Part shown: positions 24,900 to 37,034 of the stretch, piece by piece | Numbering within the stretch: position 1 is the stretch's first letter | How the letters are laid out: the number at the start of each line of letters is the position of its first letter | Origin: Dipteris shenzhenensis | Taxonomy: Eukaryota | Length of the DNA: 64,000 bases | Reading direction: 5' to 3' (one strand) | Assembly (NCBI GenBank): GCA_047967505.1 | Contig: CM106538.1 | Program-made: the position numbers and the translations under genes | Notes under the pieces: generated by a model | Told to the model about the DNA's origin: nothing | Databases searched by the model: none | What the model saw: the letters and a program-made list of their open reading frames with translations, nothing else

Positions 24900-25940
24900 C
24901 TATGTAGGGGAGGGGGCAGGTGTCCTATGGGGGCCTGTAAGAAGTCGTCCCTCTCGTACCACTGCCCACTTCCCCTCCTTTCGGGCCTGATCCCGCTGCT
25001 GCAGCAAAGAGCGCCTCTCCTCAACCTGTAGAGGTGTGAGTTCCTCATCCATAGAGATCGTTGGCTGATCTTGAAGGACTGACCTATGTCGTAGAGCTGA
25101 AAGTCGTGCCTGAGTGTCATGAAATCGTATGATCAGGGGTTGCTCTCGGTTGGGATCTCTCCCCACCCGCCATGCCCTCTCTATCCTGTGCTCAGCCACA
25201 CCCAAGGTAGCGGTCACGAACGCAGTTGCATCTACCATGGGTGTAGCCTCAGTGCGTGGGATCCAGCGTACTCTGATGTTGAGAGCCTTACTGGCTCTCT
25301 GCTGCTGCTGCATGAGGGTAGTCGAAACGGTGACCCTTGCGGGTTCCCGTTTGGCCACGTCAACCCATCTGGAAGTCTCCTCAATAGCAGATTGCATGCT
25401 CGCAATCTGTGCCTCGACCACCCGGGTACTCCCTGGGGCAGTGTGTATGGCTGTGACCTCCTGTCGGAGCTGCATGATATCCTGTCTGAGTCCCTGAATA
25501 AGACCCGCCTGCTCTCGAATGGCCCTAGCCTGCTCTTGTATGATGTGGCTCTGCTCCCGGTTGAAGCGGACCTGCTCCCGTGCGAAGCAAGCCAGCTCCA
25601 TCTCACGCTCATGAAAACTATGTATCTCCGTGAGTAGGGTCTCACGGGCCTCTGGTGTGTCAGTCCACCCATGTCCATGCTGAAACTGTGGTGACTGTGG
25701 CATGAAAGAGTGGGACTGAGTCCGAAAACTGGACGGTGGCTGAGTGAGGAACGGAGATGACAGTGGAATGGATGAGGCAGCCCCAACGGGGTGTGGGAGG
25801 GTGGGCTGACTGAGAGGGAGAGGGGAGAGTGAAGCGTAATGCGGCACAGTGTATGACACCTCCGAAGTAGGGGTCATAAGATGTACGAGAGCTGTAACAA
25901 GAGAAGAGGGAAAGGGAACAACAACTGGCACCATGGGCAT
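24900..25940 (-). CDS. LINE ORF1 protein (Pro/Ser-rich, coiled coil, RRM-like C-terminal domain)
   Basis: 346 aa open frame: NIRVRWIP...IERAWRVG...PLIIRF...SMDEELTPLQ...ARKEGKWAVVREGR. Confidence 0.8.
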   Translation of the reverse strand: MPMVPVVVPFPSSLVTALVHLMTPTSEVSYTVPHYASLSPLPLSQPTLPHPVGAASSIPLSSPFLTQPPSSFRTQSHSFMPQSPQFQHGHGWTDTPEARETLLTEIHSFHEREMELACFAREQVRFNREQSHIIQEQARAIREQAGLIQGLRQDIMQLRQEVTAIHTAPGSTRVVEAQIASMQSAIEETSRWVDVAKREPARVTVSTTLMQQQQRASKALNIRVRWIPRTEATPMVDATAFVTATLGVAEHRIERAWRVGRDPNREQPLIIRFHDTQARLSALRHRSVLQDQPTISMDEELTPLQVEERRSLLQQRDQARKEGKWAVVREGRLLTGPHRTPAPSPT

Positions 25941-26399
25941 GAGTATGTCACTAATCGTAGATGTAGATGGAGCTGAGACTAGGAACTAGAGCTGGGCCTG
26001 AAGCGGGGACTGAAGTCGAAGTAGAGATAGAGATAGAGGGAGCTGAGGTTGGAGCTGAAAACGAAACTGACACTGTAGCGGGAGTTGAGGTTGAGGTTGA
26101 GGTTGAGGTAGAGATAGAGGCTGAAGAAGCTGAGGCGGGTCCTACCTTTGCCTTGTTGTTTACCCCGAGTCCACTTCGGTTGTAACGTGTGTTCACATCC
26201 TCCAAATTCAGTTGTGTCGTTTGCTTTTTTGTTGTTGTTGTTATTTTCGTCTTTCTTGGCTTTGTCCCCCATTCTCTTGGGGTGCGGGTACAGATCTTAG
26301 TGTTAATGTTCAGACGGTGGGAGCGGGAGCACCGGTTGCCCCCCCATAATGGGAGGCACGTCCAGTGCGAGGTGGTGGAGAGGTAGTGCGGAAGCCTGA

Positions 26400-27236
26400 A
26401 GTGGAGAGGTAGCCAAGAGGTGGAGAAGGAGGAGAGGCTAAGATGGCGAGGATTTTATTTTAAAAAAAAAAAAAAAAAGGTGGTTGTGGTTTCCTTTTTT
26501 TTTTTTGCCCAAAAAAAAAAAAAAAAGAAGTGGCGAGGGGATTAGAGAAAGGGGGGGGGGGGGCGGTGGATGAGTGGAAAAGGAGGGAGGGAGGTGGCTG
26601 AGTGAGGGGGTAGTGGGGAGCGAGGGGTGGCTGAGGGGAGCGAGGGGCTGAGCAAGGGGTAGCGGGGAGCGAGGGGTGGTTGAGGGGAGTGAGGGGTGGT
26701 TGAGGGGAGCGAGGGGCTGAGTGGGAGCGAGGAGCGAGAAGGGGGGGTGCGGGTAGCGAGAAGGGGGGCTGAGCGGGAGCGAGGAGCGAGGGGCTGAGCG
26801 GGAGCGAGGGGCGAGAAGGGGGGGTGCGGGTAGCGAGAAGGGGGGCTGAGCAGGAGCAAGGGGCGGGGGGCTGAGTGGGCTGAGGGGAGCGAGGGGTGGC
26901 TGGGGGGAGCGGGGGGCTGAGCGGGCTGAGCGAGAGCGGGAGCGAGGAGCGAGAAGGGGGGTGCAGGTAGCTGCAGCAGCACCCAGGGAGGAGCTGGAGC
27001 GGGAGGAGCAGCGCCAACGGAGGGGCCGAGCAGGGTGGGTAGGTAGGCTGAGCAAAGGGAGGCTGAGCAGAGCGGAGCGGAGGAGCGGGAGGTAGAGGCG
27101 GGGGGGGGAGAGGCGGAGGAGTGGGAGGTAGAGGCGGGGGGGGAGAGGCGGGGGGGGAGAGGGAGAGGGAGAGGAGAGGGAGAGGGAGAGGGAGAGGAGA
27201 GGGAGAGGAAGAGGGAGAGGGAGAGGGAGAGGGAGA
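26400..27236. repeat. Purine/G-rich low-complexity repeats at the LINE 5' end
   Basis: Reiterated gagcgagggg, gggagagg and gcgggggggg motifs, with A, T and G homopolymer runs at 26456-26565. Confidence 0.9.
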
Positions 27237-27293
27237 GTCTTTTGGTTTTGATTTAAACTCTCTGATTAGTGCTATGCCTTCACAGTAAACTGC

Positions 27294-27842
27294 TCATTTT
27301 CCATCCTTTCTGGCAGCCTTGCTGACTTTAGCTAATTCAGTTGCCTTAATCTTGAGTTGAGATTTTGTAAGCTCCTCTGGTATCCATACTTTGGTGCCCT
27401 TTAACTTGTAAGATTGTCGAAGAAGCTTGATCCGCATATCTTTTGACTTCAGTGTAAGGATTGCATGACCTTTATAGTGTAAAATAGAAGCTGGCTTGGA
27501 GTTGTCATCATCCTGCTCATCATCATCCACCCAATCAATGTTGGGCAAGCTTGCTTTGATCTTTGTCAATATTTCACTATATGTGTCCTCGTCTTTGTAC
27601 CATCTAGCTTCGTGTTCTTTAATCTCTGCTTGAATATCAGACTTACTTGCTTTGCTATCCACTTCCACAATTACTTCCTTCTTAGCAGTTTGTACTTCAG
27701 TGTGAACAAGATCTTTGACTGTAGAGACTAGCTGCGGGGTAGGGGGGAAATCCTTACAAGATTTTACAGTCTCATCAATTACTACCTGCTTACTAGGCCC
27801 TTCCAAAATGTGAAGTCGGGCCTTTACTTCTGCCAATTCCAA
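27294..27842 (-). pseudogene. ORF1-like protein of the ORF1-only retroposon (copy B)
   Basis: C-terminus KVWIPEELTKSQLK...ARKDGK(W->stop)AVY aligns with the LINE ORF1 SMDEELTPLQ...ARKEGKWAVV. Confidence 0.75.
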
Positions 27843-28441
27843 TCATAGCTCTCTCACTGTCTGTTGCAGATAAAATATCTGATCCTGTTGCCCGAGGATG
27901 GGTCGTTTTGAGCCTTCTTATTGGTAATTCTGTGCATATGGAGAGGGTGTCATGGCTGCAACTGTAAAGTACCGAGTCCTGATGGATGTTGAAGGAGTTG
28001 AGGGGGACTTGGAGGAGAGGGTAGGCCAGTCCATAATTGGCTATCTGTTGAACCCCCTAGCTTAACCTAACCCCCGGCGGACCTCCACCGGGTTGGGTTG
28101 GGGGTTTAGCCCAACTCGGGGTTAGGGTTAGTTTGGCTGCTTCTAACAGATTCAAAGGGAGAGGTACGGTCGAAGAGGTTCGGGCTGCTACTATTGATTG
28201 ATTGTACGGTTTGGGCTGCTGCTAACGGTTGTATGGACGGGGGAGAGGTACAAACGGGAGGACTAGGACTAGGTACAGACAGAGCTGTTGTGATGGGGGG
28301 AGGTACGGCCGTACGGCCCTGGGCCGTGGTACGGACGACGAAGCACTGTGGTACTGACGACGATGAAGGTACGGACAAACGTATGGATGGAGGTACAACG
28401 AAGGTACGGACGGACTGTACGGTATGGGAAGAGGCTATACA

Positions 28442-28444
<3 letters not shown>

Positions 28445-28500
<56 letters not shown>
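28445..28500. repeat. (AG)n microsatellite
   Basis: Perfect dinucleotide run abutting the 5' end of copy B. Confidence 0.95.
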
Positions 28501-28501
<1 letters not shown>

Positions 28502-29410
28502 ATGCCCACAGTTGATGATGTTGATGGGATCGTTTCTAACCGTGTTAAAACTTAGTCTTTGTTTTGCTTTACATGATTGAATTTAGGCCCATTCCTTTCA
28601 TCCTTCTGGGTTATTCTACTGCCTACTTGTACATCTTAGCTTTACTCAACCTAGGCTCCCATTCCTTTCATACTCTGGGTTATTTTACGGTCTACTTGTA
28701 CATCTTAGCTTTACTCAACCTAAGGCTTTTATCACTCTTAATCAAACTTAGTGTTCGGTGTCCATATCTATGATTTAAAACTGCACTGTGGTTTACTTCA
28801 AATCATGAGTTGGGGTGGTTTCTTGTTACATCTAGATATATACTTGTATCCATAGAGCTTAGGTTTACCCAATTTTCAGAGCTTATCATTACTCAATCTA
28901 CCTTAGGCTTGGTTGTCAATATTCATGATTAACAACTTTACTCAAATATGCTAGTCTGATTTGATAAGAGTGCAGCATATGTGATTGGGTTAGATATTAG
29001 CTATTTCTTGTCAATTTTGAAAAGCTTTGCCATGTGACCCCTCTACCCATGCACGCAACTAATTAACATTAGGTCTACAACAAACAAAAATTGCTCGTAT
29101 ATTATTTATTTGACATATGATAGGCAAATGACTGATTTTCCCAGTAATGGATAAAATTTTGCGTATGATTGTCATGCCACTTTCCATTCTATCAACTCAG
29201 GGATGCACTGGGCATCTCTAGTCCACTTGATCATGGTGGGTTTGGAACGCACAGTATATCTTTGGCCTTTCAAAGACAATAATAGATCTACCTCTTTTAA
29301 AGACAATACATAACAAGAATGACAAATGTGATGTTTATACAGAGGTAAGAGAGCAGCAAGCCATAGCAAGTAACAATAAGATTTTACATATTTGGGGATT
29401 GCAAGATAGT

Positions 29411-30422
29411 TGCCTTAGCTACTTTGAAATGGAAGAGGAAGAGGAATGCATTGATGAGGAAAAGATTATCCAACTCAAGAAGGTAGTGCCACAAATCGGT
29501 TGGAATGAAAATGACATAAGTCTTATCACGTGAAAGGGAAACCAAGCACATATTTATTTCAAAGAAAGGATTTTAAGAACCAAGATCCTTAGAGAAACCA
29601 ACAAGCTCAAGGGTACTAAGATTTGGATATTTGAAGAGCTCACTCCGACCCAACTCAAACAAAGGGCAAATGAACTTATCAAAGTGAAAGAAGCAAGGAA
29701 AGAAAGTAAATGGGCGGTTTATCAAGACGGGCAAGCACTCATTAGAGATTTTAAACCTAACCCCAAAGAGTCTCAGTCTTGAACTGATGTTATTCAGACC
29801 ACCCTTAATATAGTACTTGAATGTAGTTATGCTATGATAATTTGGGGTTGAGCTGCTGTACTCCCCCATAGACTCTCAGTCTCTAACTGCCTTAGCTATT
29901 TTGAAATGGAAGAGAAAGAGGAATGCATTGATGAGGAAAAGATTATCCAACTCAAGAAGGCAGTGCCACAAATCGGTTGGAATGAAAATGACATAAGTCT
30001 TATCACGTGAAAGGGAAACCAAGCACATATTTATTTCAAAAAAAGGATTTTAAGAACCAAGATCCTTAGACAAACCAACAAGCTCAAGGGTACTAAGATT
30101 TGGATATTTGAAGAGCTCACTCCGACCCAACTCAAACAAAGGGCAAATGAACTTATCAAAGTGAAAGAAGCAAGGAAAGAAAGTAAATGGGCGGTTTATC
30201 AAGACGGGCAAGCACTCATTAGAGATTTTAAACCTAAACCCAAAGAGTCTCAGTCTTGAACTGATGTTATTCAGACCACCCTTAATATAGTACTTGAATG
30301 TAGTTATGCTATGATAATTTGGGGTTGAGCTGCTGTACTCCCCCATAGACTCTCAGTCTCTAACTGATGATGATTTTGGTGTGCATTTTGTCCCATAGAC
30401 CCGTGAAGTCTCCTGTGGACGT

Positions 30423-30426
<4 letters not shown>
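29411..30426 (+). mobile_element. ORF1-only RTEX-like retroposon, diverged subfamily (copy D), with a 477 bp tandem duplication
   Basis: Frame KLKGTKIWIFEELTPTQLKQRANELIKVKEARKESKWAVYQDGQALIRDFKPNPKESQS*. Units 29411-29887 and 29888-30364, stem-loop at 30390-30420, then (CT)n. Confidence 0.8.

Positions 30427-30463
<37 letters not shown>
30426..30463. repeat. (CT)n microsatellite
   Basis: Perfect run directly after the 3' end of copy D. Confidence 0.95.
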
Positions 30464-30465
<2 letters not shown>

Positions 30466-30743
30466 CATTGCATGCTTTATGCAGTTGGGAGACTACCAAA
30501 TCCTGTCACCTATCATCTATGGGTTCCTTGATGCCCACTACTTGAGCTCGATTAGCCTTTTATGCCTTTTGTTCTTCAAAAAGTAGGGAGGAGTTTCTTA
30601 GCAGTCTCATATGTTGCAATTTCCTTCTTTGTCTCCTAGATAGACCCCAGGGGGTCTTGGGATATGCCAAAACTTAGAGGGCAGCTTATGTTTGGTATTA
30701 ACTTGGAACATAATTGTTGCTTTGCTCACTTTCTGGCCTGGTG

Positions 30744-30749
<6 letters not shown>

Positions 30750-30783
<34 letters not shown>
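30750..30783. repeat. (CT)n microsatellite
   Basis: Perfect dinucleotide run. Confidence 0.9.
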
Positions 30784-30786
<3 letters not shown>

Positions 30787-31179
30787 GTAACACACACGCG
30801 CGCGCGCCTTTTTAGTAATCAGGAGGTCAGTCGCCTTTGTCCTCAGTCATACTGGGGGTCCTTCAAGCTGGCTGCTTCAGCTCAAGGGACCTTGAAAGGG
30901 TAGCAGTCCCATCACACAACCCGCAGAGTCTTGGCAGTGTTTGGGAGGAACAATAGCTTTCTCACTAAGGAGTAGGATGCCATCCAAGAGCAGGCCCCCC
31001 TTTCTTGTGTTCCGCTGTAACTGTCTAATCTAGCCCACTGTAGGTTGGGGGTGTCCGTATGCCCAATTGAAACTAGAAAGCAGCAAGGCCACATAAACTC
31101 ATAGAGAAAATGTGAAATATAGACAAGCTCAAAACCAAGACTTCTGGGAGGAAGCAAGCAATTAAGAAGAAGAAGTCAC

Positions 31180-31450
31180 ATCACTTGTAGACTGCTAACA
31201 TCACCTGGCTCCCTCGACCTTGGCGATTCAGATAATTTCAGCTTAAACTGAGTTTGGTTAAGGCCTTCAGCTATCCAAATATTGTATCTTTCAGTTTTCT
31301 TATTGTCAGAAAAGCTCAACTGTGTACTCCATGCCTTCATCATTTGATTTTTGGTATCATTATATCAATTGCCATTCGATAGACCTATTCTAATGTATTG
31401 TGCCTTGACTGTCCTCTCTCCTGCTCTCTGAATTCTTGCTGCACTTTTCC
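31180..31450 (-). pseudogene. Old relic of the same ORF1-like protein
   Basis: QEFREQER..., YIRIG, NIWIAEGLNQTQFKLKLSE, AKVEGAR..AVYK across frameshifts. Confidence 0.5.
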
Positions 31451-33499
31451 CATCAATGTGTTATCATATTCACCAATTGCATAGTTTCTGAAGGAGAGAA
31501 CTTTGTGTGGTGTGTTGTCTTTACATTCTTCCATAGAACTTCCATGGCACGAGTTATGCATGCGCTTAGCCTGAGCTGCGGGGCACTTTTGGGCAGTCTC
31601 TGTGCATGCCTTGTGTGCTTGGGCTTAACTGCTAGGGATTACAAGACCCCCTCTTCCTCACAAGTAGCCCCGAACTGCATCAGTGGGTCTCAGAACACCC
31701 ACCCCCATTTACACCTGTGCACCCACCTGCTGCAGCAAAACAAATCAGCAAAGACTTCGATGCTCAGGCTAGGAAACTTGCATCTGAAACACACCCTGTG
31801 CAAACAACAATCAAGCAGGATCAAGGGAGGAAACAGGAGGCACCTAGACTAACAATCCTGTGCACCCTTATCTTGCTGTAGCAGAAAATTTGATTATTCC
31901 AGAATTGATGCGAGGTGATCTTTCTTTCATTTCTTTCAGGATGAGTAGAGATAGCTGGTGGGGTGGCATTCTCAAAGGTGGAAGATGCACTGAAGAAACT
32001 GGTCACAGCTAAGATTGTATCTCCAATGAGCGAATACATAACACTTCTAAAGGATTTCCCTATGATGGTCTGTTTGCAAGATATATGCTGAGGATTCCGA
32101 ATATAGCTTACTTTATGAGGAAAATCAGTTGCTTAAAGAAGGGAACACCAATTGTGAAATTTGTGGAAGACCGGTCTATAGGAAAGTGCGATTTCCATGA
32201 AATGCTAAAAATTTGGCAGTGAGAGAGGGATAAAGAAAATCTGCAAGTATCTCAGTTGGTAGTTTTGTCTTTTAGGAGAAATTCGATATGTGCTCTTGAG
32301 CGGTATGTTCTTGCTGCCCAGGGTGCAGCAGATAGGAAGGTTGAGGGAGATGCAGAGTTATAATTTACAGTATGTATAACATAGAATTACAAACAAGAGA
32401 ATGGGAACAAAAGCTCAATTTATTTCCTGACTCTCAAAGCTGGAAATGTTGAGTTGGTGTGGCTTAGCTTCATTGATGCTCAAGTGCAAAGTGCAGCAGA
32501 GAGCTGTGTCCTCTCCCAATATAAGTCAGTTGCAAAGCTAACAATAGGTTGAGACCCCATGTGAAGGATTCCTCGCCTTGCATGAACGGAGCAAAAAAGG
32601 AATAATGTCAATCCCATGTATCTCTGCTACCTTAAAGTGACTCACCTCAAGGTACAGCTAAACCCAGCACACTCAGGATGACTGACAATACTTTGCATTA
32701 AATATCTAAGGTAGCAATTAGCTTTCTTATATTGACCATTTCAATGAAGATGGTAACATGGATTAAGGCTATACTTACTGTCTGGTGTCTTACAACTTTT
32801 TGACATGTGCAATCCTGAAGATTGATTATCTCACTGTTTGATTTACAATAGCTAAATAACTTCTTAAGGATACTTGTGAATGACGTTTGAAGCCTGGGAG
32901 CATCTTTTTTCATGCTGAATATTACCATCTCGACATATATATTCACCACCACTTAAATCCAATTATGACGTCTATAGCCAATTGCAATCTGTTGCGATGT
33001 TTTGAGGTGTTCATTTTCTTTCCATTACCATCTTGGCATGGGGGCTATAGCGCTTCACATATGACTTCATCTTTGGCCTACAAAAGTTTCAATGAACTTA
33101 TTCACATGTCCCTTGTATTCTAAGATGACTAGCCCTCCTTTCTCTACTATGAAAATTGTAATTTAACATCACACATACAAACCTTCTGTCTTGGATGAGC
33201 GGTCTGTTTTGATTTTCATATTGTTCTCTAGCATACTCTAGTGCTCATTTGTATGTGCATCACCATGAGACAGAATTTTGACCCGATTCAATAAACATAC
33301 CAGATAGAGGAACAGCTGAACACGGTCTTTTAACAAACTTTGTGTTGCAGATTCAGAGTCTCATCATCCATCGTACCTACGTCACCTACAGAGGGACAAG
33401 GAGGGAGACGTGTATTGCCCAAAAGCTGATTTTTGGAGAAGGAAAGTGTTATGTCGACCATAATAATAGAATCTTATAACTTGGTTATGGAAAGGAGGG

Positions 33500-35250
33500 A
33501 AACCATGAGGGCTCGATGATGTTTGCATAGATGGAAATTACTTGCTATCAGGTAAAAGACTAGGGGCAATGTTAGGCCTAGGTAATAAGTTTGGACATGG
33601 AATTACTAGGTCCAAAGAGAGAATGGATTTACTAAGGTCCAACTTAGGAACATGGCCCTCAACGAGGTCCCATTTGGCAACATATTGCTAAGAGAGTAAT
33701 CCACATAGTTCTAAAGGAGGCTACCAAAAAAAGGCCCATAGTGCCAATGAGGCAACACTGACAAAGAATGAAGGGAGTTTGTGGCTGAGTGGTATGAGAA
33801 TCAGGGGCCCTCTATGTGGTTGGAGGGTGCAAATGTAAGTTTGAGAGTGCAATACTTGCAACACTAGTAGCAGAGCAGTTAGTGTTCCATGTCAGGAACA
33901 TAGAGGATTCTGATGGTTGATGGCAGCATTGCCGACGTGACTTGCATAAACAACAGATAGTGCAATGGAGAAGTCATGCAATAATGAAGCAGACAAGTTG
34001 TATAACGTTTGCCAATCGTTCAGCCTGAGTTTATTCTCTATGGGCATTGCAAATTGGACATCTTTATTGGCAGCATTCATAGTTGAAGTGAACCCCATTT
34101 GATCACTTTTTTTCATCGTCCTTGTACTTTGCTTCTCAATTATAGCTTTGGTCGAAGCTGTGCGCCAAAGTTGAGGTTTTTATTTAGTCACACCCACTGA
34201 AGTATTTTGCTTGTCTAATGGAGAAGTAAGCATATAAATGCTGGATGAACCTTAGAGCGATGGATAAGATCCCAAAGTATTGGTTGAGTTTGAACAAGCC
34301 TTCTTAAAAGAATGTTTACCTGCAAATGACCTTGAGAGGACATGGAAAGTTTAAAGTAGTTGTTATATGGGTAAAAACTCGCGAGTCCAATATAAATCTA
34401 ATTATAAAGAGACGGTCCTCAAGTTAAAAGGCATTGATGATTTTAAAATTTCATGAGGGGTCTAGACTCTAAAGTCATTTACAAGGTAGAGATGATAAGA
34501 AATTCTCCCAAAATCTTTCAAGAATCTATCAAGTATGCTGACTAGAAGTGGAACAGCCCAGAAACTCTGAATCCACTTTTGAAAAAAGACAACTATGAAA
34601 AAGTTAAGCAAGCAAATCTTTCCCTTAAACTGCCTTAAAAACCAAAAGGCGGGAGCTAAAGCCTCAAATAAACCTCAACAAAAGAGGCACATGCGGTGCA
34701 GGTATTACTGCTCAAAGGTACTTAAAAGTACACAGAAGTAGAGATTTATCATGGGGATAGCACCCATGTGTGTTGTTTATCATCATCAATGTGGTAGCCC
34801 ACTTTTGGCCCTCATGATTTAATGAGGATGCATGAAAATATCGAGGGGCAAGAAGTAAGAATAAGGGTCGATGATTGTGGCACAATTAATTTCTTAAACT
34901 TTTTCATTAGTTAAGAAAATGAAGCTGCTTGAGATTTCAAGTGCCCACAAATCTGTGGTCTTTCTTGGAAAGGCAATGATAAGAAAGTTTGGGACACCAT
35001 GACACATGGTGGAGAGGTGGACACTCAAGGCTATCAGGAATTTTCGGATTTTCAAATTATGCATCTCAAGAGAGCAGATGTTCTTCTAGGTCGAGAATTG
35101 CTTTAGAATGTCAATAACATAATGCCTCCAACTTTTCATGGCAAGGTATTAGCAAAAGAGCTCGTTCTGCAATATAGGTATAGTGTCACTAACAATTTTC
35201 TTAGAGTCCCCTTAAACTCTGAGTGAGATTTTCCGAGCCAAGAAGAAACT
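33500..35250 (+). mobile_element. Degraded Gypsy-like gag-protease relic
   Basis: Protease-like RVDDCGTINFL (~34860) and DVLLGRE (~35080). Heavily mutated. Confidence 0.4.
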
Positions 35251-35615
35251 AAGGAAAACCCACCAAAATGACAACTAACATTACTGTACAGAGGGAATCT
35301 GGTTTAGGCAAAAAAATTAGCCATAATCATCATCATCATCATCATCATCATAAAAAAATTGCTATTTCCTCAAGTGAAAATCAATTTTAATGATAGGCTG
35401 ATCCTAGGTGCTTTATAAACGTAGCATATGGTTTTTCAAATTCCTGGGAACTCTCTTACAATGGAAATGGCAGGCTTGACTTAGTCCATGTCTGATGTAA
35501 ATGTCACAAACACAAAATTAGGCACGATGAAAAGGCATACTAATCCCCACTAGACTTGTGCCCCAAGCAAGAAATCCCACAAGATCTCAGTAGTATTTTA
35601 GGTGTGCTCTCTTAC

Positions 35616-35735
35616 CACAGGATGAACTATCCTGGCTGGATGTACTGGTTCACCCTTGACCATTCTCATTTTCTCTACGTAGGCCTTGACTATAGCATCA
35701 CCAATGGGACCTCGACGCTTGCCACATTTGAAACA
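35616..35735 (-). CDS. RanBP2-type zinc finger gene, exon 3 (CFKCGKRRGPIGDAIVKAYVEKMRMVKGEPVHPARIVHPV)
   Basis: Acceptor ttttggtacag, donor gtaag. Supplies the last CxxC of the finger. Confidence 0.9.
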
Positions 35736-35850
35736 CTGTACCAAAAGTCAGCGCATAAGTGCCACTATCGATCTGAAGCTTGCAAGCAAGAGTTAATATG
35801 AGCTGTCAAGTAAAGCATCCCTCCACTCAAAAATACATATTCGATAATAC

Positions 35851-35977
35851 CTCTGTCCTGCGAGGATAATTCACATTTCCACAGTGTGGGTCCTCGCAAA
35901 TCCAGTTGCCATCTTCTAGAGGGCGTGGCTGTTTATTCCAGAAGTTAGTGCTTTTCTGCTCTGACATTCCGTGGGCT
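35851..35977 (-). CDS. RanBP2-type zinc finger gene, exon 2 (AHGMSEQKSTNFWNKQPRPLEDGNWICEDPHCGNVNYPRRTE)
   Basis: With exon 3 it forms W-x-C-x4-C-x3-N-x6-C-x2-C, the RanBP2/ZRANB2 signature. Acceptor ctggcag, donor gtatta. Confidence 0.9.
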
Positions 35978-37005
35978 CTGCCAGTAAATTTCACATTAGT
36001 ACTGGTCCTTCAATGAACAGACAGGATCAAAATTTTATGTTCATTGTATTTCCTCATAAAAATTCTCCAAAAAGGTTTGACGAAACCCTGTCATTGAAAA
36101 CATTCATCTTTAGTGTGAATAGCCAAAAAAGGCGGTCCCAGCAAACACAACAATATGTATCCACGCAGGTATTAGAGCCATCTGTCTCCTTTGCCCAAAA
36201 CCCCCGTGTTTTCTGGGAATTAAATGGTTTTGCTACATTGCAGCGGGGAAGTAAAATACATGCCTTATCTAAAGGGTTGGATTTGAATTCCGCGTGTACT
36301 ACAAATGTCAACCATGACCTCGGTCTCTCTATTGCATTGCTCATGGGAAGGCACAACCTCCATAAGACTTTCCCTCCCGTATAACTACTAGACGAAGACT
36401 GTGCGAGTTCCCTTGAAAGGTAAGACGCATTGCGCAATACAAATTACATAATTCGACTTTTGCATATTTCAGCTGGCAACATAGCAAGTTAAGAACTGGC
36501 CCATCTCGTTGCATCTTCCAATCATCCACAATAGAGGACAAGTTTCAAATTCCTTTCGATAGTACATCGACTTGCAGGACCTTCGAAAGCAACTTCTTGT
36601 CGCGGGATAAGCCTAACACGATAGTAAGGCACTTCTCCTCATCGCAAAGGTGTCTTCCAAGGACGGAATCCACTTTTTATGATCCCCACGCAATAGGTGC
36701 AATGTCAAAATGGGACGTCAGGATACATTACAACATGTCATAATGACGATCATCGCAGTTTGGTCCAGACTCCAGAGAGTGATGGTGCAAAATGCAGGGT
36801 AAAGAAGCCATTAAAGACGAATTGCGACGCGCAGAAAGCGACCCAAATACAAATAACTGCACAGAAAACCTCCGCGACAGGTAAAGCTATTGATCTGGGA
36901 ATGCCCAAGATGCATTGACAAAAAACGAGCGAAATCGGGCTATGTTGAATCACAATCTATGTAGCATTTTGAAAACAAGATAGAGGATTCCAAAACAAGA
37001 TTAAC

Positions 37006-37034
37006 CTGGAGGAAGGGCGCGAGTGTTTGGGCAT
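37006..37034 (-). CDS. RanBP2-type zinc finger gene, putative exon 1 (MPKHSRPSSR)
   Basis: ATG at 37034 and donor AG|gttaat splice in frame to exon 2. Translation could instead start at the ATG at 35967. Confidence 0.55.

Larger units (their letters stand above)
21582..27236 (-). mobile_element. RTE/RTEX-like LINE, near full length but defective
   Basis: ORF1, APE endonuclease (LLVGDFNART), RT (QAGFRR, CFVDFCKAFD, GIKQGCPLSPTLFGLY), C-terminal CCHC (RICTLC...EH..RC), 3' stem-loop and (TTTC)n tail. Possible short 'gaga' TSD. Confidence 0.9.
21384..28444 (-). mobile_element. ORF1-only RTEX-like retroposon, copy B (21384-21581 + 27237-28444), split by an RTEX-like LINE
   Basis: The two halves join to match uninterrupted copy A (gactgaga|gtcttttgg). 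ORF1-like frame at 27294-27842 with an upstream Pro/Ser-rich part, stem-loop at 21411-21440, (TTTC)n tail. Confidence 0.85.

Noticed and set aside
26438-27055. Pro-rich extensin-like ORFs
   Set aside because: Open in several frames only because of C-rich low complexity.
29573-30346. Duplicated 98 aa minus-strand ORFs
   Set aside because: Antisense shadows of the plus-strand ORF1-like frame.
31600-32360. Additional exons of the zinc-finger gene
   Set aside because: Coding-like traces are on the plus strand and contain stops. No phase-compatible minus-strand exon was identified.
36054-36953. ORFs of 127, 137 and 67 aa
   Set aside because: No recognisable motifs, and they fall in predicted intron 1 of the zinc-finger gene.
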